Assembly (NCBI RefSeq): GCF_006345805.1
Contig: NC_043008.1
Span: forward strand, 62,806,001-62,870,000
Source of the DNA: Octopus sinensis
Lineage: Eukaryota
Direction of reading: 5' to 3'
DNA length: 64,000 bases
In this document: positions 12,340 through 24,700 of the stretch, piece after piece
Numbering within the stretch: position 1 is the first letter of the stretch
Layout: every line of letters begins with the position of its first letter
Program-made: the position numbers and the translations under genes
Notes under the pieces: generated by a model
Told to the model about the DNA's origin: nothing
What the model saw: the letters and a program-made list of their open reading frames with translations, nothing else
Databases searched by the model: none

Positions 12340-12488
12340 AATAAATGAGTGGAAACTGAACAGGTGAGTGTGTTAATTAACAAGGCATTAAAGCAGAATC
12401 CCTCACCCCAGACACAACAAAATATTCTTCAACACACGAATCTTGCGAAATAAAGAATCTTGAAAACCAAATACAAAAGTGAAATATA
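12340..12488 (-). mobile_element. Single-arm relative of the fold-back element at 54294-54588
   Basis: GTGGAAA..AGGTGAGTGTGTTA..CCAGACACAACA..CTTCAACACACGAA..AATCTTG is a diverged reverse complement of 54295-54430. Confidence 0.65.
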
Positions 12489-12491
12489 TAG

Positions 12492-12960
12492 GTGCAGGAA
12501 TGGCTGTATGGTAAGTAGCTTACCAACGACATGGGTCCGGGTTCAGTCCACTTCATGGCACCCTGAGCAAGTGTCTTCTACCATAGCCTCAGGCTGACCA
12601 AAGCCTTGTGAGTGGATTTAGTAGGCAGAAACTGAATGACACCTATTGTATTCATATATATATTTGTATGTGTATATATTTATGTGTCTGTGTTTGCCCT
12701 CCCCCCTCCACATCGCTTGACAATCAATGTTTGCATGGTTCAGCAAAAGAGGTCGATAAAATAAGTACTAGGCTTACAAAGAATAAGTCCTGCCATGGCT
12801 GCAGTGGCTGTGTGGTAAGTAGCTTGCTTACCAACCACATGGTTCCGGGTTCAGTCCCACTGCGTGGCACCTTGGGCAAGTGTCTTCTCGTATAGCCTCG
12901 GCCCGACCAAAGCCTTGTGAGTGGATTTGGTAGACGGAAACTGAAAAGAAGCCCATCGTA

Positions 12961-12993
<33 letters not shown>

Positions 12994-13215
12994 GCGTGTG
13001 TGTGTTTGTGTGTCTGTGTTTGTCCCCCTAGCATTGCTTGACAACCAATGCTGGTGTGTTTATGTCCCCATTACTTAGCGGTGCGGCAAAAGAGACCGAT
13101 AGAATAAGTACTGGACTTACAAAGAATAAGTCCCGGGGTCGAGTTGCTCGATTAAAGGCGGTGCTCCAGCATGGCCACAGTCAAATGACTGAAACAAGTA
13201 AAAAGAAAAAAAATG
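12492..13215 (+). mobile_element. Two family-A SINEs (3'-truncated 12492-12790, full 12800-13215)
   Basis: Two heads (GGCTGTATGGTAAG, GGCTGTGTGGTAAG) and one complete tail. Confidence 0.9.
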
Positions 13216-13489
13216 AAAAAGAAAAAGAAAAAGAATATATATGTACATATACTTGCACAAATTGCTGTGTAATGGAACTAAACTTGAAATGACAGAGTTA
13301 TAAAACAAACTACTTGACCACAAAGCTATACAATACAACGATGTTACTCTGCTGCTCATTTTGTGTTAAATTTGTGTGTTACACAAGAGATAAACCAACT
13401 TATCAATTCAGGTCATTAGCAAGTCATCTTCACATATAACGGGTGTTTCTTATTGCTGCACATTCACATGTATCCCTTAGGTATTTGAC

Positions 13490-14210
13490 TCTCTTTACAC
13501 TTTTACTCGTTTCAGTCATTTGACTGTGGCCATGCTGGAGCACCGCCTTTAGTCAATCAAATCGACCCCAGGACTAATTCTTTGTAATGTAAGCCTAGTA
13601 CTTTTTCTATCGGTCTCTTTTGCCGAACCACTAAGTTACATATATATATGTATGTGAGTGTGTATGTGTTGTGTGTCTGTGTTTGTACCCCCAACTGATG
13701 CTGGTGTGTTTACGTCCCCGTAACTTAGCAGTTTGGCAAAAGAGACCGATAGAATAAGTACTTGTCTTACAAAGAATAAGTCCTGGGGTCTTTTGCTGAA
13801 CCACTAAGTTACATATATATATGTATGTGAGTGTGTATGTGTTGTGTGTCTGTGTTTGTTCCCCCAACTGATGCTGGTGTGTTTACGTCCCCGTAACTTA
13901 GCAGTTTGGTGAAAGAGACCGATAGAATAAGTACTTGTCTTACAAAGAATAAGTCCTGGGGTCCTCTTTTGCCGAACCACTAAGTTACATATATATGTAT
14001 GTGAGTGTGTATGTGTTGTGTGTCTGTCATTGTTCCCCCAACAGATGCTGGTGTGTTTACGTCCCTGTAACTTAGCAGTTTGGCGAAAGAGACCGATAGA
14101 ATAAGTACTTGTCTTACAAAGAATAAGTCCTGGGGTCGATTTGCTCAACTAAAGGCGGTGTTGCAGCATGGCCACTGTCAAATGACTGAAACAAGTAAAA
14201 GAGTAAAACA
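13490..14210. mobile_element. Rearranged family-A SINE: inverted 3' end plus three tandem ~175-bp body units
   Basis: Minus-strand tail at 13490-13640. The unit CCACTAAGTTACATAT...CCTGGGGTC is repeated three times, then a plus-strand tail. Confidence 0.9.
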
Positions 14211-14383
14211 GTAAATAGTGTGCAGAATTCCTCATCTCTGAAATATAGAACTGTAGAAAATCTGCTGTAATAATTTCCATTCAAACCATGGGAAGAAGTG
14301 GATGCTAAAATTGTGATGAAGTTGATGATGATGATTGATAGTGATGATGATATTATGTACATTCCCAATATTCTTGTTTTAGT

Positions 14384-14975
14384 AAGGCGGCGAGCTGGCA
14401 GAAATGTTAGCATGCCGGGCAAAATGCTTAGCAGTATTTCGTCTGTCTTTATGTTCTGAGTTCAAATTCTGCTGAGGTCGACTTTGTTTTTCATCCTTTC
14501 AGGGTCGATAAATTAAGTACCTGCTGCATACTAGGGGCGATCTAATTGACTGGCCCCTCCCTCAAAATTTCAGACCTTGTGCCTTGAGTAGAAATGAATA
14601 AGGCAACAAGCTGGCAGAAACGTTAGCACGCCAGGCAAAATGCGTAGCCGTATTTCGTCTGTCGTTATGTTGTGAGTTCAAATTCTGCTGCGATTGACTT
14701 TGCTTTTCATCTTTTTGGGGTCGATAAATTAAGTACCAGTTACACACTGGGGTCAATGTAATCGACTTAATACCTATGTCTGTCCTTGTTTGTCCCCTCT
14801 ATGTTTAACCCCTTGTGGGTAATAAAGAAATAGGTATTTTGTCTGTCTTTATGTTCTGAGTTCAAATTCGACATTGCCTTTCATCTTTTTGTAGGCAATG
14901 TACCAGTTGCATACTGCGTTCGACCTAATTGACTGGCCCCCTCCCCCAAAATTTCTGTCTGTGTACCTAGAGTAG
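14384..14975 (+). mobile_element. Tandem family-B SINEs
   Basis: AAGGCGGCGAGCTGGCAGAA-type heads at 14384 and about 14600; the core recurs three times. Confidence 0.9.
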
Positions 14976-15224
14976 AAACGAATATTATTGTTTTAGTATA
15001 CTGTACATTTTTAACAGTAACTTCAGATAAATCTCTTATTTGACTTAGTATTCTTTTTTTAAACAAAATAAACAAAGAAAGATAATATAAGAGAATCTTT
15101 ATTAAATAGAATTATAAATTATTTTTGCCTTCCTTCAGCAGCTGAAGAACTCAGAAGATTGTTTATGGTATTCTTAAATTTCCTTTATCATTTCCTTTCA
15201 AATTACTAAATAGCTTTAATTTAA

Positions 15225-15328
15225 TACACACACACACACACAAACACACACACAAACACACACAAACACACACACACACACACAAACACACACAAAGACA
15301 CATACACGCACACACACACACAAAGACA

Positions 15329-15367
<39 letters not shown>

Positions 15368-15398
15368 ACACACAAACACACATAAACACACACAAACG

Positions 15399-15430
<32 letters not shown>

Positions 15431-15445
15431 CAAACACACATAAAC

Positions 15446-15496
<51 letters not shown>

Positions 15497-15535
15497 AAAT
15501 CACACACGCACAAGCATGTGTGCACACAGACACAC
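15225..15535. repeat. Interrupted (CA)n microsatellite
   Basis: Directly visible. Confidence 0.97.
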
Positions 15536-15919
15536 GTACCTTTTTAGTAATTTTTCATTTCAGAATGAAACTTTATTAATAAAATGTAGGCTTCACACAT
15601 TTCGTGAACTCTTATCATACAGCCTTTATGTAGACCTATTAAATAAAGTACTTTTTTGTTCAACTAGAAAGCTTATTTTACATTAAAGTGACATAAAAAA
15701 ATGTACATTAATCAATAAAAATGACTTTAGCTTACAGATTGATATCAAGATTTCAGAGCTAATATGCAAACAGAAGATTGATATCACTTAGCTTCTTAGA
15801 ATCCAAATGGTTTAGTTTTTGCCTAATAATAATTATTTTATCTTGTCATTGTCTTCTCAACGTTTACTTCTATGATTTTTCTTTTTTTTTTTTTCTTTTT
15901 TCACGTTTGCTGTATGTAG

Positions 15920-16030
15920 TCTGGAATTTGATGAAAAAATGTTTCTATGACAATTCTAAAACAAAACACACAAAACTGATGATAATGCCCACTTGCTCAC
16001 CCCGTTCTCTATCTCTTCAGAATAGATATG
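15920..16030 (+). other. Candidate host exon (111 nt, phase 1-1) or nested 10-nt microexon 16021-16030
   Basis: Long T tract with TAG acceptor at 15919; open frame xVWNLMKKCFYDNSK...LQNRY; donor G|GTAAGT at 16031. A second acceptor, CTCAC-CCCGTTCTCTATCTCTTCAG, ends at 16020. Confidence 0.4.
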
Positions 16031-17383
16031 GTAAGTACATTGTTTTCTACCTTTAAAGCAATATGCGAAAAGCTACTTTTCCGAAATTGATTTCTGTGTT
16101 ATTGAATATTGAAATAGATAAATCGGTAGCTATTTCAGTTTATTACAGTAAGACAACATATCTATTCGGCTTCATTCTTATACAATTATATCATTTATAG
16201 CTCTACTTTAGCACAACATCTGCACACACTATCACTGAGAAAATCTCTTATGAAAGCACACTTGCCAGATTAGGAAGACTTCTGTGATTGATAAAGAATT
16301 CGATGGAATTCTTCTACTTCTAATGCCAATATTAAGAGAATTGTTGTTATCAGTTAAGATTAATGATTTTTATCTTATGTATCAAGTTTGCCAATGTACT
16401 GTAGAATTACTAGTCTTGACATATTCCAAACTTTCATGTTAAAAGTAATTATTTTAAAAATTTAACCTTGTAATCCGAGCCTAACACTGTCCATAAAGTT
16501 TCTTTCAGCTTAGAAATCTGTCTTCTCTCTTATTTAAAGTTTCCAGTGTATATATTTCCTAAAATATACATCTTGTATTAGCATCACTTTCATAAAATGC
16601 TAGACACTTTCAGTTTTATATTTCAGCATAAGTGCATCTTAGTACAAATGTAACAATTTTGTTATTATTTTCTTTCTAATTTTTTTTATTATTATCCAAT
16701 TGGTATAGATTAGTGGTTTAATACAACAACAACAACAACGACGACGACGACAATAATAGAATGACTGTTACAGAATTACTGAATAAATATTTAATTTACT
16801 GATATGTAGTTTCATAATCTATCAGAAAATACAAAGAGTACTTATGTATTTGGTTATGGAAAGAAGGAAATCCAAGATAACATTTATATTATCTAATTTT
16901 AGGAATGTAATGAATTAAACCAATCACCTTTTCATTTAAGCCAGTATTTCCACCTCCAACTCTCCATCGCATCAAAATTTTTGTTTAAGAATCTTCTTGA
17001 GGTAATTTCATCTAAGTCTTGTGTCATTTTGTATACATTTGAGCATCACCATCGACATCATCATTGTTGTCTTCATCATCACCATCGTCGTCGTCATTTC
17101 ATTCAATGGCAACAAAGCATTAGTGCTACACATACCATGATACATCATTGCATGACACTTCCTTAAACATGAGCAGCATGCAACTAAACTCCTCAAGATC
17201 ACTCAAAATATTGGGTCCCTTTATCACCAATGGTCTCTCCTGGTGAAAAGCACATCCTTAACATAACTTAACAACTGGACTTTCATTTCAGAACCAGAAG
17301 ATACTTCAACTTTCAAGAATTATTGACACACTTCAAGGGCTCCAGTTATTTAGCTATTTATATTCAAATTAGAAATCTAAATG

Positions 17384-17703
17384 TGTGTGGCTTAGTGGTT
17401 TGGGGCATTCAGCTTATGATCGTAAAGTCGTGAGTTCAATTCCCAGTGGCACATTGGGTCCTTAAGCAAGACACTTTATTTCCTGTTACTCCAGTCCACT
17501 CAGCTGGCAAAAATGAGTTGTACTTGTATTTCAAAGGGCCAGCCTTGTCACAATCAGTGTCACACTGAACCTCTCCGAGAACTACATTAATGGTACAAGT
17601 GTTTGTGGAGTGCTCAGCCACTTGCACGTTAATTTCACAAGCAAGCTGTTCCGTTGATTGTATCAGCTGGGACCTTCATCGTCACAACCAACGGAATGCA
17701 CCT
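17384..17703 (+). mobile_element. SINE, family D head + body Y + short tail
   Basis: GTGTGGCTTAGTGGTT head with CORE-like centre, then the body shared with 5113-5615. Confidence 0.88.
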
Positions 17704-18552
17704 TTTTAGAAATTTAAATCATATATATGTACTTGTATATTTTGTAGTGCATCTGAACATTGCACAATAATCTCATGGTTATTATTCTTATTATTTCAAT
17801 ATAAATGATAATTTTTAATATGAAAACGTAAGGCTTCTGTATTTTTCCTCTGTGGATAGATTTAGGATAAATGTTAAATGTATGAAACTACAAACTACAA
17901 TATGCAACAATACTTAACTCTGGAAGTTCACCAACAATTAGTAATTGTAGTTTTACATGCAAGTACAATTAGTGTCCAGGCCATGTCTGCATGGTTCAAA
18001 GTAAGCTGTAGATTGTCGATACTATGTTCGAGTTTTTCACTTTAAAACTAAACACATATCAACTGTGTTGAATTTCCCTAGCTTGTTTGAAACCAACAGA
18101 ATATATTAAAGGATATAACACCAAAAGAATTTTGTCTTATACCCTTGGTATTAGCAATTATTCACAAATGCCAAAAGTAAAATCCATTTCTCATCAAGTT
18201 CACTTAATTGTTCCCTTGAAAGTAACTTGCATATATGTGCAAGTCTGAGTGAATTTATTGTATCTTCAGATGTTTATGGATCACATTAAGCATTCCCTGA
18301 ATAGTGTGGCATAAACAAATGCACTGTCAATATAATTAGAAAGTATTCTTTTCATTAATCTATGTTCTGGGATAAAGTCAAGCATTATATTTATTTTGAA
18401 TTATGTGTCTAACAACTTACTTATGATAAAGAAAGACCCATAATATTGAAAAAAAAATGTTTCGAAATGAATGTTGTTGAAGTAAATGGTGAATGATTAC
18501 ACTTACTGTATAATTTTAAACTCATGTATGTACAAACAAGGTTCCTAAATGA

Positions 18553-19198
18553 TTGTAATTATTGCTTTGACTAAGGAACTCCCATCTGAGTTTAAAACAA
18601 ATTGTCATGGTTTACTTGACATAGTCTAATTCAACACAGTCAACAGATAGCAGACACAAATGAATAAAATAATTTATCATAAAATGGAAGAAATACATTT
18701 CCAATCAAAAATATTTCTGAAAAAAAAAATTTGATAGTACTTTAGTGGTAGAAAAAAAAAGTAAATAAGTTAAAAAAACAAATAACAATGAAAAGTTTTT
18801 GCTAATTCCTTTAACAAAATTTTGGGTTGTAAATTTTTTGATTGGATCCATGTATCTGCGTCTCTGCATATTTGTAATTATTGCTTTGACAAAGGAACAC
18901 CAATCTGAGTTTAAAACAAATTGTCATGGTTTACTTGACATAGTCTAATTCAACACAGTCAACAGATAGCAGACACAAATGAATAAAATAATTTATCATA
19001 AAATGGAAGAAATGCATTTCCAATCAAAAATATTTGTGAAAAAGAAATTTGATAGTACTTTAGTGGTATAAAAAAAAAAGTAAATAATTTACAAAAACAA
19101 ATAACAATGAAAAGTTTTTGCTAATTCCTTTAACAAAATTTTGGGTTGTAAATTTTTTGATTGGATCCATGTATCTGCGTCTCTGCATATTTGTAATT
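18553..19198 (+). repeat. Direct tandem duplication, 319-bp unit
   Basis: 18553-18871 and 18872-19190 are near identical; TTGTAATT occurs at 18553, 18872 and 19191. Confidence 0.95.
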
Positions 19199-19649
19199 TA
19201 ACTGCAAAATGTTATCCCTTAATGAGCCACTCATTACGAAGATTGCTTGATTGAAATTTATTTTAAAATATCAATAACTCTCTAAATTGCAGAATGTCAA
19301 ACATGAAGCACGTCCTCTAGTCTTCAGTGCACAGCTTCAGCACGACAGTTTGTCTAGTTTCAGCCATTCAAACAGTGTTGCTAAACATAATCATTTCCTG
19401 TGATAAAAACTGAGGATGACTGCCATTTCTTCTCTTGCTTCTCACAATCAAAAAAATAATTGTTTTTACGACTAATCAAGATATAACAAAAATTCATTTA
19501 CAAGTACATCAGAAGCACTTAATTGCTCCACTCATATAAAAAAAGATGGTTCAAATAAACACAACAAACTGATGTTTCAGAAGCCCACGACTTGGCTCTC
19601 TTCAGAAAATTTCTTTTTTCAAATCTATTTGTGTTGGTAACCTGTGAAT

Positions 19650-19681
<32 letters not shown>

Positions 19682-19930
19682 AAGAAACAGAGAGAGATAA
19701 CCAGCTCTTTCACCCTTTTTTACATGAATTTCTGTTTTGCTTTGGTTCTTTACACATCTCCTAAAAACGGAGACCTAATCACAGATGGCTTTATCAAGCA
19801 CACACTCATGTATATACACATATCACATACACACACACACACGTGTATATATATGTGTGTGTGTGTGTGTGTATCTATCTATCTATATATATATGTATAT
19901 ATATAATATATATATATATGTATATATATA

Positions 19931-19964
<34 letters not shown>

Positions 19965-20020
19965 GCGGTGCTCCAGCATGGCCACAGTCAAATGACTGAA
20001 ACAAGTAAAAGAGTAAAAGA

Positions 20021-20058
<38 letters not shown>

Positions 20059-20146
20059 TGGAGCACCGCCTTTAGTCAAGTACTTATTCTATCGGTCTCT
20101 TTTGCCAAACCATTAAGTTACAGGGATGTAAACACACCAGCATCAG
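19965..20146. mobile_element. Family-A SINE fragments in opposite orientations within (TA)n
   Basis: GCGGTGCTCCAGCATGG...GTAAAAGAG on plus; CTGGAGCACCGCC...ACACCAGCATC on minus. Confidence 0.8.
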
Positions 20147-20169
20147 TATTAATACTTTACATGTACAAT

Positions 20170-20310
20170 GTCCTCAGAGATGGAAAGAGAGGGTGTTTTA
20201 CATATTGAGCAAAGGTCTTCTTCAGAAACAGGAAACAGAGGAAAGTATAAGAGAAAAGGAAGACGGAGGGAAAATGTCACCAACAGTTTACACGTGGTTA
20301 CATTTCGGAA
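20170..20310 (-). mobile_element. Penelope-like remnant with decayed hammerhead (20195-20229)
   Basis: Minus strand GTTT-CTGAAGA-AGACCTTTGCTC-AATA-TG-TA-AAAC. Stem I GTTT/AAAC is retained; GAAA is mutated. Confidence 0.5.
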
Positions 20311-20329
20311 TATATATATATATATACGT

Positions 20330-20518
20330 TTAAATATTTGTTGTGCAAGATTTTTTATGTGAAGTCGTGTGTTGAAACAGATATTGTTATATTTCGGAAT
20401 GGTCATATTAAGATTAAGATTAATGTAAAAAATAAATATCACTGAAGCAAAATAACACCAAATATATAGTGCGTGTGTTTTTATTGGCTAAACTGGCAAT
20501 ATGACCATTCCGAAATAT

Positions 20519-20526
<8 letters not shown>
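20330..20526. mobile_element. Fold-back element with 29-bp perfect inverted repeat
   Basis: ATATTGTTATATTTCGGAATGGTCATATT at 20381-20409 and its reverse complement at 20498-20526. The leader TGCAAGATT...GTGTTGAA resembles 54315-54348. Confidence 0.7.
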
Positions 20527-20586
<60 letters not shown>

Positions 20587-20769
20587 TTATAAAAATAGGG
20601 TAAAGTAAAATAATTTACTTTACCACACACCGAGCTTTTTAGAAATAGCAGCCAAAACTTTGGCTATTTCTTCTACTGCAAGAAAAAGTCTCCCAGACAA
20701 TGCATACTCAGAAATAACTCACATAGGTATAAGGGAAAAAACAACGAAAGATCACATCCATATAAGATA

Positions 20770-20832
20770 CCCGAGGACAGCCTGTTTCTGGATTAGTTGA
20801 TTAAACGCCAACATTTCCTTCATCAGCTCAGA
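20770..20832 (-). ncRNA. Type-I hammerhead ribozyme, best-preserved copy (GUC cleavage triplet)
   Basis: Minus strand TCTGAG-CTGATGA-A-GGAAATGTTG-GCGTTTAAT-CAACTAATCC-A-GAAA-CAGGCTG-TC-CTCGGG. Full core, 6-bp stem I (2 GU), imperfect stem II, near-palindromic stem III. Confidence 0.72.
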
Positions 20833-20902
20833 GATTTTATAAAGTAATATTTCAAATATACCGTAAATGGTCTTTTTATATATATATACATATATATAAA
20901 TG

Positions 20903-20963
<61 letters not shown>

Positions 20964-21167
20964 GTGTATATTGATAGGGGCAACTGGATTTTCAGAAGTG
21001 GAAAATACTAAAAATGGTTAAACTAACCAAACATAACCATTAGTACATAAGCAGATGATAAATAACCAGAATTATCAATCAATAGTAGAGCAAAACTGGT
21101 GCCCACTCAGATAATACATCCCCATAAAGACACATTCACACACACACGTAGACACACACACATACGT

Positions 21168-21380
21168 AATTGTGTGGTTAAGAATTTTGCTTCACAACCA
21201 TGTGGTTTTGAGTTCAGTCCTATTGTGCAGCTGCCTGAGCAAGTGTCTTGTTCTATAGCACCAGGCCGACTCATACCTAGGAAGAGAATTTGGTAGACAA
21301 AAACTGTAGGAAGCTAAACACATATGTACGTGTGTATTTGCATGTGTGTGCGTGTGTGTGTATGTGTTTACATGCATGCA
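21168..21380 (+). mobile_element. Degenerate family-A SINE head
   Basis: GTGTGGTTAAGAA...GAGTTCAGTCC...GAGCAAGTGTCTT...ATTTGGTAGAC. Confidence 0.75.
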
Positions 21381-24300
21381 CATCAGTGTGTGAGCTCATG
21401 CACATGCAGTATGCACATATCTAAAATAAAATTATGAAATCTCACAATTGCAGTAAGTTTGCTATGGTAGCTGGATTTTGGCAAGTCTGTTACATCAGTT
21501 GATTCATTTCTCTTCTATTTTACTTTGGATTATTTCTTAGCATTATTTTTACTTTGCTATTTTACTATTTTAACATTGCTGATCTTCGAAATGGTCTTTA
21601 TTAATATTTCTTTTTGTATATTTTTGTTATTTCCTTCGTTGATTAAATGTCATGTAATGAAAATGTCCATTAACAATATTTTAAATTATGATTGTAGTTT
21701 CTGAGATATTGGTCTGATTTTCCTTCTATCTTTGTCAATGCAATGGAATTAATTTCAAGAAAATTATTTTAGTTTCAGTTAATTAAATTGATTATTAATT
21801 GAGCAGGTTTACTGAAACTTAATCCCTTCATGTTAACTAATTTGTACAAACATGCAATGATCAGATAACTTTAAAAAATATATAATATATTTACAAGTAA
21901 AAGTGACTTGCAGTTTTAATCACTGCAAATGAGTATCTGTTTAGAAAAGTTGCCTTAAGTTAGTTAATATTTTCATGATTTTATTCATGACATCATGATT
22001 CAACAGCTACAGTACTTTATAAACTTAGAATTCAGTGCAATGTTTCTCACAGACATTTCGTTAGTCTGGGAATTATGACAAAGCGATTTGAATTTTAAAA
22101 TGTTTTTAAATCACTTCCCTTATTTCTTTCTTTGCTGAAACAAAAGTAATTTTCCTTTCTCTTATAAATGAAAATTCTTTCTCTGGCTTAAAATTAATAT
22201 TTAAAAACTGAGTCTCTTAGAATACTTTAAGTTTTTTATATTTAATTTTGATTTTTTTTTTTGCATATAATTTCGAATGTGTTCCTTTAGTTTTATTTTT
22301 AAAACTTTAATCAACTGCTGCTATATTTAGAATAGATAATGAGAAATATTAAATCAATTATTTTCTACATTAAAATATCATCCCTTAACACTAAACAAAA
22401 CAGTATTAATTGACAATATCATGAGAATTCAGTGTTTTCTTAGTATTCATGAAGCACAGATATATACAACTAGAAAACTGCATTGTAAAAGAGGAAAATG
22501 TTAGAAAATTTATTCAGTAATAAATAGCTTTCTTGAAAATATAAATGCTTTATATAAACATTGAATAAAACTGCAGAAAAGAGTGACCCTACAATACTGA
22601 ATCATAAAGTCAGTGAAGCATAATTTTTCTCAACCTAACTTCCATTGGTTTACTGCTTAAATATAATATCATAGTGAAGAAATATTGATACCATTTTATT
22701 TTGAGTTCAGTAGTTTTCTCTTCTATTTGTTACATAAATTGTGTCTTCTAGCCAGAAATAAAAGAACTAGAAAATATAAAATATTTACCTCTTTGTAAAC
22801 ATTTTTTATTACTGCTTCTTAAAATGGTTTAATAAGATTTCAGGCTAAGTTGGTTTTTTGAAAGAGTGGAGAAGAATTGAATACACGAATATAAAGCAAT
22901 GTTCTAAAAATGATAACAAAAATATTCAAAGTAAAAAAAAAAAGATGTGATACTGTAATTTAAATAAATGTAGTCACTGATCATATGTAATAAATAAGAT
23001 TTACAAAGCTATCACTAATAGCAAATTAAGACGAGTCTTCATTCACTTGTACTAAATCTTGGCATCATACTGCTAATATTGTCTTCTAATAATCTTGAAA
23101 ACTTCATAAACGGTAAAATATAAATCTTTTGCCAATGTAAATGCAAAAACAAAAGAAAAAGAAAACCACTGCAACAGCGCAAGACTTTGGAATAAGATGA
23201 TAGAACACAACCTTGTTTAATGTAGATGACTGAAGTAAAGAAAACAGTTTTTAGACAGTGTCGGTCACTAGATATTTCTATCTTATTTTACTACAGAGTT
23301 TTAATGCTTCTTTATGTTAACTAGATCTACAAATTTTGATTTTAACTAACATTTACTTGCAGGTGTATACTACATTATCGTTTTTCATTTCTAAAATTAA
23401 CTTATTTTCTATCTTTTCGATGAATAATGTATGTATAAAATAAACTAATATTTGGAATAAAATCTAAATGGTGAATTCCACAATGAATGTTTGCTCAGTT
23501 GGAATTTTTGGATCTAGACACGAATACAACTATTTGGTTACTCTAACTCTTCACATGCACCCAAAGAAATTTTTTTTATCACAATCAAATAAAATTTTAT
23601 AACAGTTTCAATAAAGATTCAACAATATGCCAAAGTAATTTCATAACATGAATATTCAAAATAATGCTTTTAGTTCTTCAAAAGGCCTTCAAATTTATAT
23701 TTCAGTTATCTTGGAATGATTCACTGAAATCTTATCAGTACATGGACTATAATTCCAGAAGGTAGCCAGCCCTAAAATACATCAAGGAAACTAAAAAAAA
23801 ACATCATGATATTTCAATAAGCAAAATATTGATCCAATCATAGTTGATATTCACAATTCTAAATGAGAAAAGGATTTGCATGCAATAAAATTTCCCGAAC
23901 TTGAAAAAGATTGTAGAAGATTAACAGCATGTGGCCTCTATATGAGGAAATGAAATTACATGGTGCAAATTTTCAATATTCAAAATATAGAAAAATGTCA
24001 GAAAAGGAAAGACACCTGGTATAAAATCGCAAAATATGCAGGAATTATAAGTGGCCATTATTATCACCAAAATGGATTTTGTTCTTCTTTATATGAAATG
24101 TATAATATTAGGTTGAAATTATTGTCTTAAAAGAATGTTTAAAATTTTGCTTTATCTCAGGATTTGAAGTGTAAAAATCAATTTACCTGGAAGAGAACTC
24201 AGCAAAATATTTTGTGATGACTCAGGGTTTTATGATGTTAAAGAATAAATTCAAGTAGTGAGAAGAGTAAACAAGATGGAAATTTTTCTCAGATGGTACT

Positions 24301-24479
24301 TAATGGAGATAGCTTTAGGTTTGAGGAAAATTGAAACATCGATCTTGAAATTGTCTTTATTTTTTTTTCTCATTTCTTTTCTATCCATAGTGTACAATGT
24401 ACAATATGTTTACAAATAGCAATAGAAATAAAAATGTTAGCGACTTTATCAAAGAAATCATTTTCTAACAAAAGCCTAC

Positions 24480-24599
24480 GTATGTGTGTGTCTCTGCACA
24501 CAAGTTTGTATGTATGTGTGTATATATGCACATATATATCTATATGTACATATATGTATATTGTATATATGTGTGTGTTTGTATATATGCATATGTATG

Positions 24600-24657
<58 letters not shown>

Positions 24658-24700
24658 TATATACACATATGCATATACATATATATACATATATATAACA
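24480..24700. repeat. (TA)n/(TG)n microsatellite
   Basis: Directly visible. Confidence 0.95.

Noticed and set aside
13610-14135. Repeat array superficially like CRISPR
   Set aside because: Units are wholly repeated SINE sequence with no unique spacers; eukaryotic context and no cas genes.
19300-19700. Minus-strand acceptor (CT)n-CATTCACAG|G at 19642
   Set aside because: The pyrimidine tract is a (GA)n microsatellite; no sustained ORF or clear donor follows.
23680-24350. Possible decayed transposase or coding sequence
   Set aside because: Frequent stops in all frames and no identifiable motif.
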